From NCBI GenBank assembly GCA_963792415.1, contig CAWBVY010000004.1:416001-480000 (forward strand): DNA of 64,000 nucleotides, given 5' to 3'. The translations under genes were made by a program, and so were the position numbers. Origin of the DNA: Candidatus Deferrimicrobiaceae bacterium (GTDB taxonomy: Bacteria; Desulfobacterota; Deferrimicrobia; Deferrimicrobiales; Deferrimicrobiaceae). The first letter of the stretch is position 1. The number at the start of each line of letters is the position of its first letter. Below, in pieces: positions 39,778-48,593 of this stretch. The notes beneath the pieces are model-generated. The model made no database searches. It had not been told where the DNA came from and saw only the letters and a program-made list of their open reading frames with translations.

Positions 39778-42041
39778 GGCCCGGCCTCATGCGTGAGGGT
39801 TTCATCGACCAGCCGCAGCCGCGCCAGTTCGGCGATCAGTTTCCCGGCCCATCGGTAGATGTTGTAATCGCGGACGTTCGCGCGCATCCGCCGCATCCTG
39901 TCGAGCCTTTCCTCCGGCGGCATCCTGAGCGCAAGGCAGATGACGTCGGCCATCTGCTCGATGTCGTACGGGTTGACGATGAGGGCGTCCTTGAGTTCGC
40001 GGGAAGCCCCGGTGAACTGGCTCAGAATCAGCACCCCGTCCTCGTCGTCCCTGGCGGCGACGAATTCCTTGGCGACCAGGTTCATCCCGTCGTGCAGGGA
40101 AGTTACGAGGCAAAGGTCGGAAGTCTTGTACCAGGGATCGATCGCCTCGTGGGTGTGGTGCGCCTTCAGGAAAACGATCGGCTTCCACGTCTTCGTCTGG
40201 AAGCGCCAGTTGATCGCTTCGATCATTTCCTCGATCTCCGCCATCAGATCGCGGTACTTCTTGATGTGGGTGCGGCTGGGGGCTCCCAGTTCCACGAAGG
40301 TGAACCGCCCCAGGTATTCCGGGTACTTTTCGAAGAAACGCTCGATGGCCCGGAACCGTTCGGGGATCCCTTTCGTGTAGTCGATCCGGTCGACTCCCAC
40401 CCCGAGAAATTCCGCCTGGACCCCGGCCTCACGGAGAAGATCCTCCTTCGCCGGCCAATCTTCCGGAGAGACCGCGCCGAAGGATTCCTCGAAGTTGATG
40501 CTGATCGGAAACGGCTTGACCAGCGTCGTGTGGCCGGAGCGGGTGACCGAGAACTGCTCCCAGTCGATCTTCGATTCGAGGAACCGGTCGACCGTCTCCA
40601 GGAAGTTGTTGCAGTGGAACTGGATGTGGAACCCGATGATGTCCGAGCCGAGCATCCCCTGGAGGATCTCCTGGCGCCACGGGCAGATGCCGTACGCTTC
40701 CGGGTTCGGCCAGGGGATGTGCCAGAAGATGGCGACCTTCGCGTCGGGGCGCGCCTCCTTGATCAACAACGGGAGGAGGGCGAGATGGTAGTCCTGAACG
40801 AGGATCAGGGGGGATTCCTCCCCGGCGATCTCCTTCAGCAGGGCGTCGGCGAACTTCCTGTTCACCTCCCGGTAATGGATCCAGTCCTCCAGGCGGAAGT
40901 CGGGGCGGGTGTGGGTGATGTGGCAGAGCGGCCAGAGCCCCTCGTTCGAGAACCCGTAATAGTAGCCGTCCTCTTCCTCCTTGGTCAGCCAGACCCTCTT
41001 CAGGGTGTAGGCCGGGTCCCTGGGGGGTACACGGAGGGTGTCGTTTCCGTCGACCGTTTCGCGGTCCGCGTCGCCGGCTCCGTGCGCGATCCAGAGACCG
41101 TCGCAGACCCGCATCACGGGGTCGAGCGCGGTGATCATGCCGCCCGCGGGGACGATGCACCGGACCCCCGTGCTGTCCTTTTCGTGGATGTACGGCTCGC
41201 GGTTCGAGACGAGAACCAGTTTTTTCCCCTCGAGTTCCACCCCCATCTGTTCCTTCAGGCGTTGCGCCGTCCAGAGGTTTTCCGGTCGCACGTTCAGGAC
41301 GGAAGCCTCCTCGGCCCTTGCCCGCGCGACGGAGAGGCTCTTGGCCATGCGGTTCACTTCCGAGATCAGCGGATCGAGTGCCGCGTCCATCTTCGGGACG
41401 GAGGGCTTCATGGATTTTATTTTCCCCGTCCGCAGCTCCTTGATCCATCCCGCCATCTGGGCGATCGGCCCGGTGATGCTCCAGCGCACGACGATCAGGG
41501 TGATGCCGACGACCAGCACCGTGAGGATCAGGAAGCGGAAGAGGTTGTCTCTCAAGATCTCCGCGAGCCGGATGTCGATGTACGACGCGTCATGGAAGAG
41601 CGTCAGGACACCGATCGGCTTCTCTTCCTGGATGAGGGGAAACAAGTAGAGATAGATCCGCCGGTTTCCGATGTGGAGGAACGTGCCAGTCGGCTGGCGT
41701 TCGGCCAGGACGTGGACGACTTGCGGGAGGGACCCCTGTATCTGGGGATCGAAATCGGGGGTGGAGGCGAGGACGTGGCCGCTGGCGTCGTGCACCGCGA
41801 TCCCCTGGAACCGGTCGCGGTTGCTGAACCGCTGTACGAGGCGGTTCAATTTCCCGGAGGAATCCGACGCGATCAGCGGGGTGACGGACTCCTGGATACT
41901 TTCGGCCAGGATGATGGTCCGCCGCTCCAGTTCCGACGTCAGGCGGATCTTTTCCGTCCGCACCTGGTAGAACGAGAAGCCGACCGCAACCAGGCCGACG
42001 ACCAAAACCAGGGATACGACAAGCCGGAGGGTGATCTTCAA
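39774..42041 (-). CDS. otsA: trehalose-6-phosphate synthase (GT20) fused to an N-terminal TM-periplasmic-TM-HAMP module
   Basis: LVSNREPY, NEGLWPLCH, VQDYH, FWHIPWP, GVDRIDYTKG, DGMNLVAKEF. About 250 aa N-terminal extension with two TMs. TTG start overlaps the marR stop. Confidence 0.9.
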   Translation of the reverse strand: MKITLRLVVSLVLVVGLVAVGFSFYQVRTEKIRLTSELERRTIILAESIQESVTPLIASDSSGKLNRLVQRFSNRDRFQGIAVHDASGHVLASTPDFDPQIQGSLPQVVHVLAERQPTGTFLHIGNRRIYLYLFPLIQEEKPIGVLTLFHDASYIDIRLAEILRDNLFRFLILTVLVVGITLIVVRWSITGPIAQMAGWIKELRTGKIKSMKPSVPKMDAALDPLISEVNRMAKSLSVARARAEEASVLNVRPENLWTAQRLKEQMGVELEGKKLVLVSNREPYIHEKDSTGVRCIVPAGGMITALDPVMRVCDGLWIAHGAGDADRETVDGNDTLRVPPRDPAYTLKRVWLTKEEEDGYYYGFSNEGLWPLCHITHTRPDFRLEDWIHYREVNRKFADALLKEIAGEESPLILVQDYHLALLPLLIKEARPDAKVAIFWHIPWPNPEAYGICPWRQEILQGMLGSDIIGFHIQFHCNNFLETVDRFLESKIDWEQFSVTRSGHTTLVKPFPISINFEESFGAVSPEDWPAKEDLLREAGVQAEFLGVGVDRIDYTKGIPERFRAIERFFEKYPEYLGRFTFVELGAPSRTHIKKYRDLMAEIEEMIEAINWRFQTKTWKPIVFLKAHHTHEAIDPWYKTSDLCLVTSLHDGMNLVAKEFVAARDDEDGVLILSQFTGASRELKDALIVNPYDIEQMADVICLALRMPPEERLDRMRRMRANVRDYNIYRWAGKLIAELARLRLVDETLTHEAGP

Positions 42042-42580
42042 CCGCTTTCTCCGGTACGATCCGCCGGAGCGTCGATCTCCCCCACCGACGCGTTGACTTC
42101 CGGTGACAACAGGAGCGGGGGAGGCATCCCTTCCACGCCCAGGATGCCGACAAGCCGGCGCAACCCCTCGGAGGTGGTCTGCAGATCCTGGTCGGACAGA
42201 TCCTTCAGCCCCTTGAGGAGAAGCCCCTGCGCGATCTCGGGGACTTTCGCCACCGTCTCCCTTCCCTTCGCGGTCAAGGAGACCGTCACGACGCGGTGGT
42301 CCTGCCTGGATCTTCTCCGTGTAACCTGAGCGTGCTGTTCCAGGCGGTCCAGGATCCCGACCACCGTGGACGGGTGGAGGTACATCCGCCGGGCGAGGTC
42401 CGTAACCCGGATCGGCGCCGACTCCGCAAGCACTTTCATGGCCCACACCTGCGGCCCGGTCAGCCCTCCGACCTTTTCGGCGCGCTTGGAGTATCGATGG
42501 ACCACCTTGAACACGCGTCGGAGGTTGTCGAGAACGTCCGCAATCTCCCGATCCCTCTGTGGCCCCCGGGTCTCGACCAT
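42038..42580 (-). CDS. MarR-family transcriptional regulator
   Basis: GLTGPQVW...DLARRMYLHPSTVVGILDRLE...DHRVV..LT..G. Start chosen from the AAGGAG RBS and the promoter position. Confidence 0.9.
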   Translation of the reverse strand: MVETRGPQRDREIADVLDNLRRVFKVVHRYSKRAEKVGGLTGPQVWAMKVLAESAPIRVTDLARRMYLHPSTVVGILDRLEQHAQVTRRRSRQDHRVVTVSLTAKGRETVAKVPEIAQGLLLKGLKDLSDQDLQTTSEGLRRLVGILGVEGMPPPLLLSPEVNASVGEIDAPADRTGESG

Positions 42581-42626
42581 GCGGCGAACTCTCCTTGGAA
42601 AAGAATCAACCATGTTTTTCCTTGTC

Positions 42627-42655
42627 ATTCTAACACAAATGATTTGTATGGTAAA
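42627..42655 (-). promoter_or_regulatory. marR operon promoter with an operator in the spacer
   Basis: Minus-strand TTTACC-N17-TAGAAT. The spacer holds the ACAAAT-G-ATTTGT palindrome. Confidence 0.65.
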
Positions 42656-42676
42656 TAAATGCCGGGAGCCCTTGGA

Positions 42677-44425
42677 TCACGCTTCACCAGGCAGCTTCTC
42701 CCGTTTGTGCAGCACGACCTTCTGGTACCCTTCCAGGAGATCGCTCCGGCGGACCACGCCGATCAGTTTCCTCGTGTGGGGGTCGGAGACCACGGGAAGC
42801 TGGACGACGTTGCGGTAGGCGAACTTGTTCAGCGCGTCGAGCAGGCTCTCGCTCGGCATGACGGCCACCGGATCGAGCGTGGCCACGTCCTGGGCGCAGA
42901 CGAGGGGCCAGAGACTCTCATCCTTCAGGTGCGGCCGCAGGTCCGTCAAGGAAACCACCCCCGTCAGATCTCCGCTCTTGCCGGTGAGGTAAAGATAGTC
43001 GATCTTGCTGCTGAAAAAGTACGTGGCGAGGCTGCCGAGGGATTCCGACGGCGAGACCGTTTCGAAGTTTTCGCGCATCACGTCGCGGACCCGGACCTGT
43101 TTGAGGATGCCTTCCTCCCGACCCGCCACGAGGTCGATCCCCTTTTCGTGCAGTTTGTGCGTGTACAGGGAGAATCGGGAGAACTGGTGCGCCACGAGCA
43201 TCGCGTTGACCACGGCCACCAGCAGGGGCAGGATGATCGCGTAATTGCCGGCCATCTCGAACAGGATGAGTATGGACGTGATGGGTCCCCCGATGACCGG
43301 GGCGAGGAACGCGGCCATGCCGATGAGGGCATACCCGCCGATGAAACCGACCTGCCCCGGGAACCAGGCGTTCGCCACGGTTCCCACGAGGGCGCCGAGA
43401 ATCCCGCCGATGAAGATCGACGGCCCCAGGACGCCCCCCGATCCCCCGGACCCGAGGGAAAAGGTCGTTGCCACGATCTTCAGGTAGCCGATCAGGAGGA
43501 GCAGGAACCACGGGAACACGCCCTCGAATGCCGCATCGAGCGTTGTCGCATCCGTCCCGAGGACCTGGGGGAAAAAGACGGCGATCAACCCGGCCATCCC
43601 GCCCCCCACGGCGGCCCTGGCCCAAAGGGGGATCCGCGAGGAGGAGAAATATTTTTCCGCGGATTCGAGCCCGCGCATGAAAAAGGTGGCCGCGAGTCCG
43701 CAGAATGCGCCGAGGACGGCGCTGAGGACGAGATCCTGAAACCCCGCGAGGATGTAAGGGGGCACCTGGAAGATCAGGACGTTCCCCAGCAACAGCCTGG
43801 CGACGGCGGTGGAGATGACCGAAGCGATCACGATGGGAGCGAACGTGGCGGCCGAGAAATCCCCGAGGAGCACTTCCAGGCTGAAGAAGACCCCGCCGAT
43901 GGGGGCGTTGAAGACCGCCGCGATCCCGCCGGCGGCGCCGCACGCGACGAAGAGGCGCATGCGGCTCGCCGAAACCTTGAGGAACTGCCCGACGACCGAT
44001 CCGATCGCCGCCCCGATCTGGGCGATCGGGGCTTCCCGGCCCACGGAGCCGCCGGAGCCGATCGTGACCGCGGCCGTGAGGGTCCGCAGCCCCACCGTCC
44101 GGGGACGGATGATCCCGCCGTGCAACGCGATCGTTTCCACCGCGCTGGGGACGCCGTCCCCTTTGGCCTCCGTCGGGAACCGCTGGATGAGCGGACCGAT
44201 CAGGAGACCCCCCAGCAGCGGGAGGAGAAACACCAGGTAGTGGTTGCTCCCCATCGCCGGGAAGATCCCGGCGAAAAAGAACCTCTCGAAGAACCGGATG
44301 AGCAGGATGAACGCCACCGAGCCGAGGCCCGCCAGGGCCCCGATGAGCGTGGCCAGCAGGAGGTGGAACGACGCGTCGCCGACGTGGAACCGCTCGAGGG
44401 TCTTGTAGATGAACCGGCGCACCAT
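42677..44425 (-). CDS. ClC chloride channel/antiporter with a CBS pair
   Basis: GDGVP, GSVGREAP, FNAPIGG, GGVLGP, C-terminal CBS domains. Confidence 0.93.
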   Translation of the reverse strand: MVRRFIYKTLERFHVGDASFHLLLATLIGALAGLGSVAFILLIRFFERFFFAGIFPAMGSNHYLVFLLPLLGGLLIGPLIQRFPTEAKGDGVPSAVETIALHGGIIRPRTVGLRTLTAAVTIGSGGSVGREAPIAQIGAAIGSVVGQFLKVSASRMRLFVACGAAGGIAAVFNAPIGGVFFSLEVLLGDFSAATFAPIVIASVISTAVARLLLGNVLIFQVPPYILAGFQDLVLSAVLGAFCGLAATFFMRGLESAEKYFSSSRIPLWARAAVGGGMAGLIAVFFPQVLGTDATTLDAAFEGVFPWFLLLLIGYLKIVATTFSLGSGGSGGVLGPSIFIGGILGALVGTVANAWFPGQVGFIGGYALIGMAAFLAPVIGGPITSILILFEMAGNYAIILPLLVAVVNAMLVAHQFSRFSLYTHKLHEKGIDLVAGREEGILKQVRVRDVMRENFETVSPSESLGSLATYFFSSKIDYLYLTGKSGDLTGVVSLTDLRPHLKDESLWPLVCAQDVATLDPVAVMPSESLLDALNKFAYRNVVQLPVVSDPHTRKLIGVVRRSDLLEGYQKVVLHKREKLPGEA

Positions 44426-44517
44426 CGCGGCGCCGGCGTGAAGGGATTCCGAGAGGCGGCCCCTCGACCAGGGGGGGGAAGTAAACGTCAAAGGGTCCTA
44501 CCCTTCGTTTATTTGCG

Positions 44518-44538
44518 ACACAAAATATTTGCATTATA
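44518..44538 (-). promoter_or_regulatory. clc -10 box and second copy of the putative MarR operator
   Basis: Minus-strand TATAAT (44538-33) next to ACACAAAATATTTGCA, which is 13/16 identical to 42633-42648. Confidence 0.55.
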
Positions 44539-44609
44539 AGCCACGATGGCCGGAACACGGAAGGTCGTTGACAGGCCGACCTTGCGAAAGGGACGGAAAA
44601 CGGAGGTCC

Positions 44610-45662
<1,053 letters not shown>

Positions 45663-45784
45663 CGTCCCCTCCCGTGCCGCTCGATGGTTTCCCGGAAATG
45701 GTATGGTCCGCGACGCTTTCCCGATGGTACAACAAAGGACGGGGGAAGGTTTCGGAAAACGGGGGGTGGAGGAGGCCGAGGCAC

Positions 45785-47059
45785 ATGGGGCTGTTCGAGA
45801 TTGCCGCTGTCCTGATCGTCCTCACCGCGCTCTTCAGCTATGTCAATTACCGTACCGTCGGGCTCCCCACGACCGTCGGCGTGATGGTCATCTCCATGCT
45901 GGTCTCGCTGGGGATCGCCGGGATGGGGGCGTTCGGCCTGGGGGCGGTCCAGAGGCAGTCGGCCGAGATCCTGGCGGGGATCGACTTCAACAAGACGCTT
46001 CTCCACGGGATGCTCTCCTTCCTGCTGTTCGCCGGGGCCCTCCACATCAAGCTGGACGAGCTGTTGGGGCAGAAGTGGGTGGTCGCGCTGCTGGCGACGG
46101 CGGGCGTGTTGTCCTCGACGTTCATCGTCGGGGGGCTCTCCTGGCTGCTCCTCACGGTCCTGGGAATACCGATCCCCTTCATCTACTGCCTGCTGTTCGG
46201 CGCCCTCATCTCGCCCACCGATCCGGTGGCCGTCCTCGGGATCCTGAAAACCGCAAGGATCCCGAAAAGCCTCGAAATCAAGATCGCCGGCGAGTCCCTC
46301 TTCAACGACGGGATCGGCGTGGTCGTTTTCGTGATCCTCCTGGAGCTCGCCGGGGGTGGGGTCGACGTCACGGCCCGGAGGGCCCTTTCCCTGTTCCTCA
46401 CGGAAACGGTGGGCGGCGCCGCGCTCGGCCTGCTCTTCGGTTTTCTGGCGTACCGGATGCTCAAGGGGGTCAACAACTACCAGGTCGAGGTGATCATCAC
46501 GCTGGCCCTCGTCATGGGGGGGTACACGCTGGCGGACAGCCTCCACACGTCGGGCCCGATCGCGATCGTCGTCGCGGGGCTCCTCATCGGGAACCACGGG
46601 CGGGCCTTCGCGATGTCCGACGTGACCCGCGAGCACCTCGACGCGTTCTGGGAGCTGGTCGACGAGATCCTGAACGCCCTGCTCTTCCTGCTGATCGGAC
46701 TGGAGATCCAGGTGATCCCGTTCAACCGGGCGTACGTCATCGCCGGGATCGCGGGGATCGGTATCGCCCTGCTGGCGCGGTGGGGCAGCGTCGGGCTGAC
46801 GGTCGGCGCGCTGCGTCCGTTCCGAACCTTCAGCCCCGGAGCGGTCCGGATCCTGACGTGGGGGGGCTTGCGCGGAGGCATTTCCGTGGCGCTGGCGCTC
46901 TCCCTGCCCGCCAGCCCGCAGCGGGGCGTCATCCTGGTCATGACCTACATCGTGGTGGTGTTTTCGATCATCGTCCAGGGGCTGTCGCTGGGAAAGCTCG
47001 TGAAGCGGATCTATCCGGATGGAGGTTCCACCCGGGTGCCGCCGCTTCCTGGAGGCTGA
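45785..47059 (+). CDS. CPA1 Na+/H+ antiporter (NhaP-like)
   Basis: [24 protein letters not shown]. Confidence 0.93.
   Translation: MGLFEIAAVLIVLTALFSYVNYRTVGLPTTVGVMVISMLVSLGIAGMGAFGLGAVQRQSAEILAGIDFNKTLLHGMLSFLLFAGALHIKLDELLGQKWVVALLATAGVLSSTFIVGGLSWLLLTVLGIPIPFIYCLLFGALISPTDPVAVLGILKTARIPKSLEIKIAGESLFNDGIGVVVFVILLELAGGGVDVTARRALSLFLTETVGGAALGLLFGFLAYRMLKGVNNYQVEVIITLALVMGGYTLADSLHTSGPIAIVVAGLLIGNHGRAFAMSDVTREHLDAFWELVDEILNALLFLLIGLEIQVIPFNRAYVIAGIAGIGIALLARWGSVGLTVGALRPFRTFSPGAVRILTWGGLRGGISVALALSLPASPQRGVILVMTYIVVVFSIIVQGLSLGKLVKRIYPDGGSTRVPPLPGG
46975..47016 (+). repeat. 42-bp direct repeat, copy 1 (3' end of the antiporter gene)
   Basis: 40/42 identical to 48552-48593. Confidence 0.9.
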
Positions 47060-47062
47060 CAC

Positions 47063-48376
47063 ATGAATAAAATCAAACAACTCTGGAGCCAGCTGCGTTC
47101 GAGCCTGTGGTTTCTTCCTTCGCTGATGGTCGCAGTCAGCGCTGTGCTCGCCGTGGTTCTGATCGAAGCGGACTCTTTCGCGAGCGACCAGTGGCTGATC
47201 CGGTGGCCGCGCCTCTTTGGGGCCGGGGCGGAAGGCGCGCGCGGGATGCTCTCCACGATTGCCGGTTCGATGATGTCGGTCGTGGGCGTCACGTTTTCGA
47301 TGACCTTGGTGGCCCTGGCGCTGGCGTCGAGCCAATACTCCTCGCGCGTCCTGCGCAACTTCATGGGCAGCCGCGTCACGCAGGGGGTTCTCGGGATCTT
47401 CGCCGGAATTTTCACGTATTGCCTGATCGTGCTGCGCACCATTCGAAGCGGCAACGAAGCGGAATTTGTTCCGAACCTGGCGGTGTTCTTCGGCTTCGTG
47501 CTGGCGCTCGGAGGCGTTGGCGTCCTCATTTTCTTCGTTCATCACATCGCCTCTTCGATCCAGGCTTCCAGCATCCTCTTCGCGGTCGCCCAGGAAACGC
47601 TCGAGACCATTGACCGGATTTTTCCCGAAAAACTTGGAGCAGGGCCGGGTGAAATCGATGAGGAGCCGGTGCTCCGGTCCGTGGCGGAGAGGAACTGGCG
47701 CGTCATCCCGGCCAGGGAGACCGGCTACATCCAGAGCGTGGACAACGCCGGGCTCCTGCGCGTGGCGCGGGACAGGAAGACCATCGTGCGGATGGAACGC
47801 GGCATCGGCGAGTTCGTCGTCCAGGACACCGCGCTTGCCTCGCTCGCTCTGGAGGACCCGCCGGATCCGGGGACGATCGCCGCCCTGCAGGCGTCGTTCA
47901 GCATCAGCCGCTACCGGACAATGGAACAGGACGCGGCCTTCGGCATCCGGCAGATCGTGGATGTGGCGTTGAAGGCACTCTCGCCCGGCATCAACGACAC
48001 GACGACGGCCGTGATGTGCGTGGACTATCTGTCGGCGATTCTGGCGCGGCTTGCGCCCCGGCAAGTCCCCTCATCGCGCCGCTACGAGGAAGGGGAACTG
48101 AGGGTGATGGCGATCGGCCCGACGTTTGCCAGCCTGCTGGCCGAAGGGTTCGACCAGATTCGAGGCAGCGCCAAAGGGAATCTCGCCATCATGTCGCGGA
48201 TGCTCGACTCCCTTCAAACCCTTGCCGGGTTGACGGCCAGCGCACCCCGCCGGCGGGCGCTCCGCGAACAGGTGGAATGTATCGCCGAGCTGGCCGGGCG
48301 CACCGTCGAGTCCGCCCACGACCGTGCGAGGATCGACACGCAGCTGGCGCGCGTTCGCGAAGCGGTCGAAGCCTAG
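47063..48376 (+). CDS. DUF2254 membrane protein
   Basis: SSLWFLP, LASSQYSSR, GYIQ, EQDAAFGIRQIVDVALKALSPGINDTTTA. Confidence 0.88.
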   Translation: MNKIKQLWSQLRSSLWFLPSLMVAVSAVLAVVLIEADSFASDQWLIRWPRLFGAGAEGARGMLSTIAGSMMSVVGVTFSMTLVALALASSQYSSRVLRNFMGSRVTQGVLGIFAGIFTYCLIVLRTIRSGNEAEFVPNLAVFFGFVLALGGVGVLIFFVHHIASSIQASSILFAVAQETLETIDRIFPEKLGAGPGEIDEEPVLRSVAERNWRVIPARETGYIQSVDNAGLLRVARDRKTIVRMERGIGEFVVQDTALASLALEDPPDPGTIAALQASFSISRYRTMEQDAAFGIRQIVDVALKALSPGINDTTTAVMCVDYLSAILARLAPRQVPSSRRYEEGELRVMAIGPTFASLLAEGFDQIRGSAKGNLAIMSRMLDSLQTLAGLTASAPRRRALREQVECIAELAGRTVESAHDRARIDTQLARVREAVEA

Positions 48377-48379
48377 CCC

Positions 48380-48480
48380 GCCTTGGTCGTGGAGGAAGGG
48401 AAGGAATCGCCTTGCCCGGACATGTCAGGGTTTTCCGCAACCGCGAACTGGCAGAGGCGAGGCAATGGTTGAGCGAACAG
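48380..48480 (+). pseudogene. possible SpoIIAA-like (STAS/SEC14) C-terminal remnant
   Basis: PGHVRVFRNRELAEARQWLSE resembles the family's C-terminus. No start codon. Confidence 0.35.
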
Positions 48481-48551
48481 GAAGGAGCGGGCAGCAGCCT
48501 GCGCGGGGGTTGGTTGCATGGAGTTGAAAAAAGCGTCCCGGTCATCCGGGA

Positions 48552-48593
48552 CCAGGGGCTGTCGCCGCGAAAGCTCGTGAAGCGGATCTATCC
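48552..48593 (+). repeat. 42-bp direct repeat, copy 2
   Basis: Reads [12 protein letters not shown] then TGA and overlaps the treY stop. Confidence 0.9.

Noticed and set aside
39774-42446. 890-aa version of OtsA
   Set aside because: The first ~135 codons overlap marR in another frame; the TTG at 42041 coupled to the marR stop is more plausible.
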